Both the position numbers and the translations under genes were made by a program. This document shows, one piece after another, positions 27,234 to 42,300 of a stretch of 64,000 bases of DNA. Every line of letters starts with the position of its first letter. Position 1 is the first letter of the stretch. The notes beneath the pieces were generated by a model. The model ran no database searches. It saw only the letters and a list, made by a program, of their open reading frames with translations, and was not told the DNA's origin. Source of the stretch: the human T2T-CHM13v2.0 reference genome, Homo sapiens; the NCBI RefSeq assembly GCF_009914755.1, contig NC_060948.1. One strand, written 5' to 3'.

Positions 27234-30200
27234 GGCCTGGAATAAAGTGGAATGCTACGGTCTCGAATGGAATAAAAATGTATGGAATGGAATGCAATGA
27301 AACGGAATCGAATGTCATAGAATGTAATGGAATGCAAAAAAATGGAATCCAAAATCATTGACTGGAAAGGCTGGGTGTCGAAAGGAATTGACTCCAATGG
27401 AATGGAATCGAATGGAATGGAAGTGAATAGAATCGAACTAAATCGAATGGAATGGAATTGATAGGAACGGAATGGAAAGGAATGCAATGATTTGGCATGG
27501 AATGGAATCGAATGGCATCGAATGGAATGGAATGTAATGCAATGGAATGGAATGTATTAGAATGTAATGAACTTTAATGGAATGTACTCGAATGGATTCG
27601 ACTGGAATGGAATGTTCTGGAAGTGAATGGACTCCAATGGAATGGATTCCAAAGGAATGGAATCGTACGGAATGGAATCTAATGGAATGGAATTAAATGG
27701 AAATGAATCAAATTGAATAGCACGGAATTGAATTGAATGAAATGGAATGCAATGGAATCTAATGAAACGGAAAGGAAAGGAATGGAATGGAATGGAATGG
27801 GCTGGAATGGAAAGGAATCGAAACGAATGGAATGGAATCGAACTGAAGAGACTGGAATGGAATGCACTGGAATGGAAGGGAGTGTAATGGAAGGTTCTCG
27901 AAAAAAATGGAATCGAATGGAATGGAATTGAATGGAACGGAATAGAGTCGAATGGAATTGAATGGAATGGAATGGACTAGAGTGAAATGGAATCGAACCA
28001 CAAGGAATGGACAGGAATAGAATGGTCTCGAATTGAATGGAATCGTATGGAATGTCATCAAACGGAATGGAATGGACAGCCACGGAATGGAATGCACTCG
28101 AATGCAATGGAGTCGAAACTAATGGACTGGAATAGAATGGACTCGACTGGTACGGACTCCAATGGAATGGAATCGAATGGAAGGGAATCGAACGGAATGG
28201 ACTCGAAGGGAAAAGACTGCAATGGAAAGGTCTCGAATGGAATGGAAATTAATGGAATGGAATGGAATCGAATGAAATGGAGTCAAAAGTAATGGAATCG
28301 AATGGCAAGAAATCGAATGTAATGGAATCGCAAGGAATTGATGTGAACGGAACGGAATGGAATGGAATCCAAAGGAATGGAATAGAATGGAATGGAATCG
28401 AATGGAAAGGACTCGAATGGAAATCACTCGAATAGAATGCAATTTAATAAAATAGGATGAAATGTAATGGAATGGAATGGAAGGGAATCGAAACGAAAGG
28501 AATGGAGACAGATGGAATGGAATGGAACAGAGAGCAATGGTATAGAATGGAATGGAATCATCTGGAATGGAATTGAATGGCATGGAATAATATGAAATGG
28601 AATGGAATGGAATGGAATGGAATGCCCTTGAATTAAATGGACTGGAATGGAATGGACTCGAACAGAGTGGAATGGAAAGTGTTGAGATAGAATGGAATGG
28701 ACTCCTTTGGAATGGTGTAGTATGCAATGCAATCGACTGGCAGGGAATCAAAAGGAATGTAATCGAATGGATTGGACTGGAATGCAATGGACTCGAATAG
28801 ATTGCAAACGGAATGCAAAGGAATGGAATGGAATAGTATGGAATGGAATGGAAAGGAATGGAGTGGAATAGACTAGAGTGGAATGGAATGGACTGGAAAG
28901 CAATGGACTGGAATGGAACTTTCTTGAATGGACTGGAATCAAACGGAATGGAATGCAATGCAATCAAATGGCATGGAATAAAATAGAATGAAAGAGAATC
29001 AAATGGAATTGAATCGAATGGAATCGAATGGATTGGAAAGGAATAGAATGGAATGGAATGGAATGGACTCAAATGGAATGGACTAGAATGGAATGGATTC
29101 GAATGGAAGCCAAAGAATGGAATCTATTGGAATGGACTGTAATGGAATGGAATGGAAGGGATTGGAATGGACTCGAATGGAATGGACTGCAATAGAAAGG
29201 ATTCGAATGGAATGAAAAATAATTGAATGGAATAGAACAGAATGGAATCAAATCGAATGAAATGGAATGGAATAGAAAGGAATGGAATGAAATGGAATGG
29301 AAAGGATTTGAATGGAATGCAATCGAATGGAATGGAATCGAACGGAATGGAATAAAATGGAAGAAAACTGGCAAGAAATGGAATCGAAATGAATGGAGTG
29401 TTATGGAACGGACTCAAAAGGAATTGAATGTAATAGAATGGAGTGGAGTGGACTCGAATATAATGGACTGGAATGGAATGAAATCACATGGAATGGGAAT
29501 GAATGGAATGGAATGGAAAGGAATGGAATCGAATGGAAAGGAATCGAATGGAAGGGAATGAAATTGAATCAACAGGAATGGAAGGGAATAGAATAGACGG
29601 TAATGGAATGGACTCGAATAGAATGGACAGGAATGCTCAAATTGAATGGACTCGAATGGAATGGAAACGAAAGGAATGTCATCGAATGGAATTGAATCGA
29701 TTGGAATGAAATCGTATAGAATGCAGTGGAATCAAATGGAATTGAATCGAAAGGAAAGGAAGCAAATGGACTGAAATGAAATGGAATGGAATTGAATGGA
29801 AAGTTATGTAATGGAATAGAATGGAACGAAATTTCACGGAATGGAATCAAACTGAATGGAATCAAATCAATGGAATCAAATCAAATGGAATGGATAGGAA
29901 TTGAATGGAGTAGATTGGATTGGATGGGATTGGAATGAAATGTACTGGAAAGGACTCGAATTTCATGAAACGGAATGGAATGAATTGGAACGGAACGGAC
30001 TCGAATGGAATGGAATGTCATGGAATGGCATCAAATGGGATGGCATCAAATGGAATGGAATCGAATGCAATGGAATGCTATGGATTGGAATGGAATGCAT
30101 TGGAATGGAATGTCCTCTAATGGAATGGATTCGAGTGGAATGGAATCGAATATAATGGAGTCGAATGAAATGGAATTGAAAGGAATGGGATCGAATACAA

Positions 30201-30801
30201 TGGAATATACTGGAATGTAATGTAATGAACTCGAATGTAATTGACTGGAATGGAATGTACATGAATGGAATGTAATCGAATGGAAAGTAATCCAATGGAA
30301 TAGAATCTAATGCAATAAAATCGACTCAGATAGAGTAGAATGTAATGGAATGGAGTGCAGTGCAATGGAATGGAAAGGAATGGAATGCAATAGAATGGAA
30401 TGGAATGGAATGGAATGTAATGGAATGGAATGGAATGGAATGGAATGGTGTGGAATGGATAGTAATGGACTGGAGTGAAATGGACTGGAAAGGACTGGAC
30501 TCAAATTGAAAGGGCTCGAAAGGAATGGAGTCAAATGGAATGGTCTGGAATGGAATGAACACGAATGTAATGCAATCCAATAGAATGGAATCGAATGGCA
30601 TGGAATATAAAGAAATGGAATCGAAGAGAATGGAAACAAATGGAATGGAATTGAGTGGAATGGAATTGAATGGAATGGGAACGAATGGAGTGAAATTGTA
30701 TGCAGTAGAAGAGAATAGAATGGAATGCAAGCGAAAGGAAAGGAATGGATTGGAATGGAATGGAATTCATTGGAATGGAAGGGAATGTAGTGTAATGGAC
30801 A
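27234..30801 (+). repeat. DYZ1 unit, 3568 bp
   Basis: GGCC at 27234 and 30802; same 1-bp deletion near 29115. Confidence 0.9.
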
Positions 30802-33800
30802 GGCCTGGAATAAAGTGGAATGCTACGGTCTCGAATGGAATAAAAATGTATGGAATGGAATGCAATGAAACGGAATCGAATGTCATAGAATGTAATGGAA
30901 TGCAAAAAAATGGAATCCAAAATCATTGACTGGAAAGGCTGGGTGTCGAAAGGAATTGACTCCAATGGAATGGAATCGAATGGAATGGAAGTGAATAGAA
31001 TCGAACTAAATCGAATGGAATGGAATTGATAGGAACGGAATGGAAAGGAATGCAATGATTTGGCATGGAATGGAATCGAATGGCATCGAATGGAATGGAA
31101 TGTAATGCAATGGAATGGAATGTATTAGAATGTAATGAACTTTAATGGAATGTACTCGAATGGATTCGACTGGAATGGAATGTTCTGGAAGTGAATGGAC
31201 TCCAATGGAATGGATTCCAAAGGAATGGAATCGTACGGAATGGAATCTAATGGAATGGAATTAAATGGAAATGAATCAAATTGAATAGCACGGAATTGAA
31301 TTGAATGAAATGGAATGCAATGGAATCTAATGAAACGGAAAGGAAAGGAATGGAATGGAATGGAATGGGCTGGAATGGAAAGGAATCGAAACGAATGGAA
31401 TGGAATCGAACTGAAGAGACTGGAATGGAATGCACTGGAATGGAAGGGAGTGTAATGGAAGGTTCTCGAAAAAAATGGAATCGAATGGAATGGAATTGAA
31501 TGGAACGGAATAGAGTCGAATGGAATTGAATGGAATGGAATGGACTAGAGTGAAATGGAATCGAACCACAAGGAATGGACAGGAATAGAATGGTCTCGAA
31601 TTGAATGGAATCGTATGGAATGGCATCAAACGGAATGGAATGGACAGCCACGGAATGGAATGCACTCGAATGCAATGGAGTCGAAACTAATGGACTGGAA
31701 TAGAATGGACTCGACTGGTACGGACTCCAATGGAATGGAATCGAATGGAAGGGAATCGAACGGAATGGACTCGAAGGGAAAAGACTGCAATGGAAAGGTC
31801 TCGAATGGAATGGAAATTAATGGAATGGAATGGAATCGAATGAAATGGAGTCAAAAGTAATGGAATCGAATGGCAAGAAATCGAATGTAATGGAATCACA
31901 AGGAATTGATGTGAACGGAACGGAATGGAATGGAATCCAAAGGAATGGAATAGAATGGAATGGAATCGAATGGAAAGGACTCGAATGGAAATCACTCGAA
32001 TAGAATGCAATTTAATAAAATAGGATAAAATGTAATGGAATGGAATGGAAGGGAATCGAAACGAAAGGAATGGAGACAGATGGAATGGAATGGAACAGAG
32101 AGCAATGGTATAGAATGGAATGGAATCATCTGGAATGGAATTGAATGGCATGGAATAATATGAAATGGAATGGAATGGAATGGAATGGAATGCCCTTGAA
32201 TTAAATGGACTGGAATGGAATGGACTCGAACAGAGTGGAATGGAAAGTGTTGAGATAGAATGGAATGGACTCCTTTGGAATGGTGTAGTATGCAATGCAA
32301 TCGACTGGCAGGGAATCAAAAGGAATGTAATCGAATGGATTGGACTGGAATGCAATGGACTCGAATAGATTGCAAACGGAATGCAAAGGAATGGAATGGA
32401 ATAGTATGGAATGGAATGGAAAGGAATGGAGTGGAATAGACTAGAGTGGAATGGAATGGACTGGAAAGCAATGGACTGGAATGGAACTTTCTTGAATGGA
32501 CTGGAATCAAACGGAATGGAATGCAATGCAATCAAATGGCATGGAATAAAATAGAATGAAAGAGAATCAAATGGAATTGAATCGAATGGAATCGAATGGA
32601 TTGGAAAGGAATAGAATGGAATGGAATGGAATGGACTCAAATGGAATGGACTAGAATGGAATGGATTCGAATGGAAGCCAAAGAATGGAATCTATTGGAA
32701 TGGACTGTAATGGAATGGAATGGAAGTGATTGGAATGGACTCGAATGGAATGGACTGCAATAGAAAGGATTCGAATGGAATGAAAAAGAATTGAATGGAA
32801 TAGAACAGAATGGAATCAAATCGAATGAAATGGAATGGAATAGAAAGGAATGGAATGAAATGGAATGGAAAGGATTCGAATGGAATGCAATCGAATGGAA
32901 TGGAATCGAACGGAATGGAATAAAATGGAAGAAAACTGGCAAGAAATGGAATCGAAATGAATGGAGTGTTATGGAACGGACTCAAAAGGAATTGAATGTA
33001 ATAGAATGGAGTGGAGTGGACTCGAATATAATGGACTGGAATGGAATGAAATCACATGGAATGGGAACGAATGGAATGGAATGGAAAGGAATGGAATCGA
33101 ATGGAAAGGAATCGAATGGAAGGGAATGAAATTGAATCAACAGGAATGGAAGGGAATAGAATAGACGGTAATGGAATGGACTCGAATAGAATGGACACGA
33201 ATGCTCAAATTGAATGGACTCGAATGGAATGGAAACGAAAGGAATGTCATCGAATGGAATTGAATCGATTGGAATGAAATCGCATAGAATGGAGTGGAAT
33301 CAAATGGAATTGAATCGAAAGGAAAGGAAGCGAATGGACTGAAATGAAATGGAATGGAATTGAATGGAAAGTAATGCAATGGAATAGAATGGAACGAAAT
33401 TTCACGGAATGGAATCAAACTGAATGGAATCAAATCAATGGAATCCAATCAAATGGAATGGAGTAGATTGGATTGGATGGGATTGGAATGAAATGTACTG
33501 GAAAGGACTCGAATTTCATGAAACGGAATGGAATGAATTGGAACGGAATGGACTCGAATGGAATGGAATGACATGGAATGGCATCAAATGGAATGGCATC
33601 AAATGGAATGGAATCGAATGCAATGGAATGCTATGGAAGGGAATGGAATGCATTGGAATGGAATGTCCTCTAATGGAATGGATTCGAGTGGAATGGAATC
33701 GAATATAATGGAGTCGAATGAAATGGAATTGAAAGGAATGGGATCGAATACAATGGAATATACTGGAATGTAATGTAATGAACTCGAATGTAATTGACTG

Positions 33801-34354
33801 GAATGGAATGTACATGAATGGAATGTAATCGAATGGAAAGTAATCCAATGGAATAGAATCTAATGCAATAAAATCGACTCAGATAGAGTAGAATGTAATG
33901 GAATGGAGTGCAGTGCAATGGAATGGAATGGAATGGAATGCAATTGAATGGAATGGAATGGAATGGAATGGAATGGAATGGAATGGAATGGGATGGAATG
34001 GTATGGAATGGATAGTAATGGACTGGAGTGAAATGGACTGGAAAGGAATGGACTCAAATTGAAAGGGCTCGAAAGGAATGGAGTCAAATGGAATGGTCTG
34101 GAATGGAATGAACAAGAATGTAATGCAATCCAATAGAATGGAATCGAATGACATGGAATATAAAGAAATGGAATCGGAGAGAATGGAAACAAATGGAATT
34201 GAATTGAATGGAATGGAATTGAATGGTATGGGAACGAATGGAGTGAAATTGTATGCAGTAGAAGGGAATAGAATGGAATGCAAGCGAAAGGAAAGGAATG
34301 GATTGGAATGGAATGGAATTCATTGGAATGGAAGGGAATGTAGTGTAATGGACA
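30802..34354 (+). repeat. DYZ1 unit, 3553 bp
   Basis: GGCC at 30802 and 34355; same 1-bp deletion near 32683. Confidence 0.9.
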
Positions 34355-35769
34355 GGCCTGGAATAAAGTGGAATGCTACGGTCTCGAATGGAATAAAAAT
34401 GTATGGAATGGAATGCAATGAAATGGAATCGAATGTCATAGAATGTAATGGAATGCAACAAAATGGAATCCAAAATCATTGACTGGAAAGGCTGGGTGTC
34501 GAAAGGAATTGACTCCAATGGAATGGAATCGAATGGAATGGAAGTGAATAGAATCGAACTAAATCGAATGGAATGGAATTGATAGGAACGGAATGGAAAG
34601 GAATGCAATGATTTGGCATGGAATGGAATCGAATGGCATCGAATGGAATGGAATGGAATGCAATGGAATGGAATGTATTAGAATGTAATGAACTTTAATG
34701 GAATGTACTCGAATGGATTCGACTGGAATGGAATGTTCTGGAAGTGAATGGACTCCAATGGAATGGATTCCAAAGGAATGGAATCGTACGGAATGGAATC
34801 TAATGGAATGGAATTAAATGGAAATGAATCAAATTGAATAGCACGGAATTGAATTGAATGGAATGGAATGCAATGGAATCTAATGAAACGGAAAGGAAAG
34901 GAATGGAATGGAATGGAATGGGCTGGAATGGAAAGGAATCGAAACGAATGGAATGGAATCGAACTGAAGAGACTGGAATGGAATGCACTGGAATGGAAGG
35001 GAGTGTAATGGAAGGTTCTCGAAAAAAATGGAATCGAATGGAATGGAATTGAATGGAACGGAATAGAGTCGAATGGAATTGAATGGAATGGAATGGACTA
35101 GAGTGAAATGGAATCGAACCACAAGGAATGGACATGAATAGAATGGTCTCGAATTGAATGGAATCGTATGGAATGGCATCAAACGGAATGGAATGGACAG
35201 CCACGGAATGGAATGCACTCGAATGCAATGGAGTCGAAACTAATGGACTGGAATAGAATGGACTCGACTGGTACGGACTCCAATGGAATGGAATCGAATG
35301 GAAGGGAATCGAACGGAATGGACTCGAAGGGAAAAGACTGCAATGGAAAGGTCTCGAATGGAATGGAAATTAATGGAATGGAATGGAATCGAATGAAATG
35401 GAGTCAAAAGGAATGGAATCGAATGGCAAGAAATCGAATGTAATGGAATCACAAGGAATTGATGTGAACGGAACGGAATGGAATGGAATCCAAAGGAATG
35501 GAATAGAATGGAATGGAATCGAATGGAAAGGACTCGAATGGAAATCACTCGAATAGAATGCAATTTAATAAAATAGGATAAAATGTAATGGAATGGAATG
35601 GAAGGGAATCGAAACGAAAGGAATGGAGACAGATGGAATGGAATGGAACAGAGAGCAATGGTATAGAATGGAATGGAATCATCTGGAATGGAATTGAATG
35701 GAATGGAATAATATGAAATGGAATGGAATGGAATTCATTGGAATGGAAGGGAATGTAGTGTAATGGACA
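34355..35769 (+). repeat. Truncated DYZ1 unit, 1415 bp (internal ~2.15 kb deletion), copy 1
   Basis: GGCC at 34355 and 35770; aatatgaaa is joined directly to gaattcattgg at 35710-35741. Confidence 0.92.
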
Positions 35770-38700
35770 GGCCTGGAATAAAGTGGAATGCTACGGTCTC
35801 GAATGGAATAAAAATGTATGGAATGGAATGCAATGAAACGGAATCGAATGTCATAGAATGTAATGGAATGCAAAAAAATGGAATCCAAAATCATTGACTG
35901 GAAAGGCTGGGTGTCGAAAGGAATTGACTCCAATGGAATGGAATCAAATGGAATGGAAGTGAATAGAATCGAACTAAATCGAATGGAATGGAATTGATAG
36001 GAACGGAATGGAAAGGAATGCAATGATTTGGCATGGAATGGAATCGAATGGCATCGAATGGAATGGAATGGAATGCAATGGAATGGAATGTATTAGAATG
36101 TAATGAACTTTAATGGAATGTACTCGAATGGATTCGACTGGAATGGAATGTTCTGGAAGTGAATGGACTCCAATGGAATGGATTCAAAAGGAATGGAATC
36201 GTACAGAATGGAATCTAATGGAATGGAATTAAATGGAAATGAATCAAATTGAATAGCACGGAATTGAATTGAATGAAATGGAATGCAATGGAATCTAATG
36301 AAACGGAAAGGAAAGGAATGGAATGGAATGGAATGGGCTGGAATGGAAAGGAATCGAAACGAATGGAATGGAATCGAACTGAAGAGACTGGAATGGAATG
36401 CACTGGAATGGAAGGGAGTGTAATGGAAGGTTCTCGAAAAAAATGGAATCGAATGGAATGCAATTGAATGGAACGGAATAGAGTCGAATGGAATTGAATG
36501 GAATGGAATGGACTAGAGTGAAATGGAATCGAACCACAAGGAATGGACAGGAATAGAATGGTCTCGAATTGAATGGAATCGTATGGAATGGCATCAAACG
36601 GAATGGAATGGACAGCCACGGAATGGAATGCACTCGAATGCAATGGAGTCGAAACTAATGGACTGGAATAGAATGGACTCGACTGGTACGGACTCCAATG
36701 GAATGGAATCGAATGGAAGGGAATCGAACGGAATGGACTCGAAGGGAAAAGACTGCAATGGAAAGGTCTCGAATGGAATGGAAATTAATGGAATGGAATG
36801 GAATCGAATGAAATGGAGTCAAAAGTAATGGAATCGAATGGCAGGAAATCGAATGTAATGGAATCGCAAGGAATTGATGTGAACGGAACGGAATGGAATG
36901 GAATCCAAAGGAATGGAATAGAATGGAATGGAATCGAATGGAAAGGACTCGAATGGAAATCACTCGAATAGAATGCAATTTAATAAAATAGGATCAAATG
37001 TAATGGAATGGAATGGAAAGGAATCGAAACGAAAGGAATGGAGACAGATGGAATGGAATGGAACAGAGAGCAATGGTATAGAATGGAATGGAATCATCTG
37101 GAATGGAATTGAATGGAATGGAATAATATGAAATGGAATGGAATGGAATGGAATGGAATGGAATGGAATGCCCTTGAATTAAATGGACTGGAATGGAATG
37201 GACTCAAACAGAGTGGAATGGAAAGTGTTGAGATAGAATGGAATGGACTCCTTTGGAATGGTCTAGTATGCAATGCAATCGACTGGTAGGGAATCAAAAG
37301 GAATGTAATCGAATGGATTGGACTGGAATGCAATGGACTCGAATAGATTGGAAACGGAATGCAAAGGAATGGAATGGAATAGTATGGAATGGAATGGAAA
37401 GGAATGGAGTGGAATAGACTAGAGTGGAATGGAATGGACTGGAAAGCAATGGACTGGAATGGAACTTTCTTGAATGGACTGGAATCAAACGGAATGGAAT
37501 GCAATGCAATCAAATGGCATGGAATAAAATAGAATGAAAGAGAATCAAATGGAATTGAATCGAATGGAATCGAATGGATTGGAAAGGAATAGAATGGAAT
37601 GGAATGGAATTGACTCAAATGGAATGGACTAGAATGGAATGGATTCGAATGGAAGGCAAAGGAATGGAATCTATTGGAATGGACTGTAATGGAATGGAAT
37701 GGAAGGGATTGGAATGGACTCGAATGGAATGGACTGCAATAGAAAGGATTCGAATGGAATGAAAAAGAATTGAATGGAATAGAACAGAATGGAATCAAAT
37801 CGAATGAAATGGAATGGAATAGAAAGGAATGGAATGAAATGGAATGGAAAGGATTCGAATGGAATGCAATCGAATGGAATGGAATCGAACGGAATGGAAT
37901 AAAATGGAAGAAAACTGGCAAGAAATGGAATCGAAATGAATGGAGTGTTATGGAACGGACTCAAAAGGAATTGAATGTAATAGAATGGAGTGGAGTGGAC
38001 TCGAATATAATGGACTGGAATGGAATGAAATCACATGGAATGGGAACGAATGGAATGGAATGGAAAGGAATGGAATCGAATGGAAAGGAATCGAATGGAA
38101 GGGAATGAAATTGAATCAACAGGAATGGAAGGGAATAGAATAGACGGTAATGGAATGGACTCGAATAGAATGGACACGAATGCTCAATTTGAATGGACTC
38201 GAATGGAATGGAAACGAAAGGAATGTCATCGAATGGAATTGAATCGATTGGAATGAAATCGCATAGAATGGAGTGGAATCAAATGGAATTGAATCGAAAG
38301 GAAAGGAAGCGAATGGACTGAAATGAAATGGAATGGAATTGAATGGAAAGTAATGCAATGGAATAGAATGGAACGAAATTTCACGGAATGGAATCAAACT
38401 GAATGGAATCAAATCAATGGAATCTAATCAAATGGAATGGAAAGGAATTGAATGGAGTAGATTGGATTGGATGGGATTGGAATGAAATGTACTGGAAAGG
38501 ACTCGAATTTCATGAAACGGAATGGAATGAATTGGAACGGAATGGACTCGAATGGAATGGAATGTCATGGAATGGCATCAAATGGAATGGCATCAAATGG
38601 AATGGAATCGAATGCAATGGAATGTTATGGAATGGAATGGAATGCATTGGAATGGAATGTCCTCTAATGGAATGGATTCGAGTGGAATGGAATCGAATAT

Positions 38701-39348
38701 AATGGAGTCGAATGAAATGGAATTGAAAGGAATGGGATCGAATCGAATGGAATATACTGGAATGTAATGTAATGAACTCGAATGTAATTGACTGGAATGG
38801 AATGTACATGAATGGAAGGTAATCGAATGGAAAGTAATCCAATGGAATAGAATCTAATGCAATAAAATCGACTCAGATAGAGTAGAATGTAATGGAATGG
38901 AGTGCAGTGCAATGGAATGGAATGGAATTGAATGCAATGGAATGGAATGGAATGGAATGGAATGGAATGGAATGGAATGGAATGGGATGGAATGGTATGG
39001 AATGGATAGTAATGGACTGGAGTGAAATGGACAGGAAAGGAATGGACTCAAATTGAAAGGGCTCGAAAGGAATGGAGTCAAATGGAATGGTCTGGAATGG
39101 AATGAACACGAATGTAATGCAATCCAATAGAATGGAATCGAATGGCATGGAATATAAAGAAATGGATTCGAAGAGAATGGAAACAAATGGAATGGAATTG
39201 AATGGAATGGAATTGAATGGAATGGGAACGAATGGAGTGAAATTGTATGCAGTAGAAGGGAATAGAATGGAATGCAAGCGAAAGGAAAGGAATGGATTGG
39301 AATGGAATGGAATTCATTGGAATGGAAGGGAATGTAGTGTAATGGACA
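35770..39348 (+). repeat. DYZ1 unit, 3579 bp
   Basis: GGCC at 35770 and 39349. Confidence 0.9.
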
Positions 39349-42300
39349 GGCCTGGAATAAAGTGGAATGCTACGGTCTCGAATGGAATAAAAATGTATGG
39401 AATGGAATGCAATGAAACGGAATCGAATGTCATAGAATGTAATGGAATGCAACAAAATGGAATCCAAAATCATTGACTGGAAAGGCTGGGTGTCGAAAGG
39501 AATTGACTCCAATGGAATGGAATCGAATGGAATGGAAGTGAATAGAATCGAACTAAATCGAATGGAATGGAATTGATAGGAACGGAGTGGAAAGGAATGC
39601 AATGATTTGGCATGGAATGGAATCGAATGGCATCGAATGGAATGGAATGGAATGCAATGGAATGGAATGTATTAGAATGTAATGAACTTTAATGGAACAT
39701 ACTCGAATGGATTCGACTGGAATGGAATGTTCTGGAAGTGAATGGACTCCAATGGAATGGATTCAAAAGGAATGGAATTGTACGGAATGGAATCTAATGG
39801 AATGGAATTAAATGGAAATGAATCAAATTGAATAGCACGGAATTGAATTGAATGGAATGGAATGCAATGGAATCTAATGAAACGGAAAGGAAAGGAATGG
39901 AATGGAATGGAATGGGCTGGAATGGAAAGGAATCGAAACGAATGGAATGGAATCGAACTGAAGAGACTGGAATGGAATGCACTGGAATGGAAGGGAGTGT
40001 AATGGAAGGTTCTCGAAAAAAATGGAATCGAATGGAATGGAATTGAATGGAACGGAATAGAGTCGAATGGAATTGAATGGAATGGAATGGACTAGAGTGA
40101 AATGGAATCGAACCACAAGGAATGGACAGGAATAGAATGGTCTCGAATTGAATGGAATCGTATGGAATGGCATCAAACGGAATGGAATGGACAGCCACGG
40201 AATGGAATGCACTCGAATGCAATGGAGTCGAAACTAATGGACTGGAATAGAATGGACTCGACTGGTACGGACTCCAATGGAATGGAATCGAATGGAAGGG
40301 AATCGAACGGAATGGACTCGAAGGGAAAAGACTGCAATGGAAAGGTCTCGAATGGAATGGAAATTAATGGAATGGAATGGAATCGAATGAAATGGAGTCA
40401 AAAGGAATGGAATCGAATGGCAAGAAATCGAATGTAATGGAATCGCCAGGAATTGATGTGAACGGAACGGAATGGAATGGAATCCAAAGGAATGGAATAG
40501 AATGGAATGGAATCGAATGGAAAGGACTCGAATGGAAATCACTCGAATAGAATGCAATTTAATAAAATAGGATCAAATGTAATGGAATGGAATGGAAAGG
40601 AATCGAAACGAAAGGAATGGAGACAGATGGAATGGAATAGAACAGCGAGCAATGGTATAGAATGGAATGGAATCATCTGGAATGGAATTGAATGGAATGG
40701 AATAATATGAAATGGAATGGAATGGAATGGAATGGAATGGAATGCCCTTGAATTAAATGGACTGGAATGGAATGGACTCGAACAGAGTGGAATGGAAAGT
40801 GTTGAGATAGAATGGAATGGACTCCTTTGGAATGGTGTAGTATGCAATGCAATCGACTGGCAGGGAATCAAATGGAATGTAATCGAATGGATTGGACTGG
40901 AATGCAATGGACTCGAATAGATTGCAAACGGAATGCAAAGGAATGGAATGGAATAGTATGGAATGGAATGGAAAGGAATGGAGTGGAATAGACTAGAGTG
41001 GAATGGAATGGACTGGAAAGCAATGGACTGGAATGGAACTTTCTTGAATGGACTGGAATCAAACGGAATGGAATGCAATGCAATCAAATGGCATGGAATA
41101 AAATAGAATGAAAGAGAATCAAATGGAATTGAATCGAATGGAATCGAATGGATTGGAAAGGAATAGAATGGAATGGAATGGAATGGACTCAAATGGAATG
41201 GACTAGAATGGAATGGATTCGAATGGAAGGCAAAGGAATGGAATCTATTGGAATGGACTGTAATGGAATGGAATGGAAGGGATTGGAATGGACTCGAATG
41301 GAATGGACTGCAATAGAAAGGATTCGAATGGAATGAAAAAGAATTGAATGGAATAGAACAGAATGGAATCAAATCGAATGAAATGGAATGGAATAGAAAG
41401 GAATGGAATGAAATGGAATGGAAAGGATTCGAATGGAATGCAATCAAATGGAATGGAATCGAACGGAATGGAATAAAATGGAAGAAAACTGGCAAGAAAT
41501 GGAATCGAAATGAATGGAGTGTTATGGAACGGACTCAAAAGGAATTGAATGTAATAGAATGGAGTGGAGTGGACTCGAATATAATGGACTGGAATGGAAT
41601 GAAATCACATGGAATGGGAACGAATGGAATGGAATGGAAAGGAATGGAATCGAATGGAAAGGAATCGAATGGAAGGGAATGAAATTGAATCAACAGGAAT
41701 GGAAGGGAATAGAATAGACGGCAATGGAATGGACTCGAATAGAATGGACACGAATGCTCAAATTGAATGGACTCGAATGGAATGGAAACGAAAGGAATGT
41801 CATCGAATGGAATTGAATCGATTGGAATGAAATCGCATAGAATGGAGTGGAATCAAATGGAATTGAATCGAAAGGAAAGGAAGCGAATGGACTGAAATGA
41901 AATGGAATGGAATTGAATGGAAAGTAATGCAATGGAATAGAATGGAACGAAATTTCACGGAATGGAATCAAACTGAATGGAATCAAATCAATGGAATCAA
42001 ATCAAATGAATGGAAAGGAATTGAATGGAGTAGATTGGATTGGATGGGATTGGAATGAAATGTACTGGAAAGGACTCGAATTTCATGAAACGGAATGGAA
42101 TGAATTGGAACGGAATGGACTCGAATGGAATGGAATGACATGGAATGGCATCAAATGGAATGGCATCAAATGGAATGGAATCGAATGCAATGGAATGCTA
42201 TGGAAGGGAATGGAATGCATTGGAATGGAATGTCCTCTAATGGAATGGATTCGAGTGGAATGGAATCGAATATAATGGAGTCGAATGAAATGGAATTGAA

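Noticed and set aside
34320-37150. Interpretation of the short unit as a 1415-bp tandem duplication
   Set aside because: The two adjacent segments differ at multiple diagnostic sites and belong to different haplotypes. A deletion or fusion fits better.
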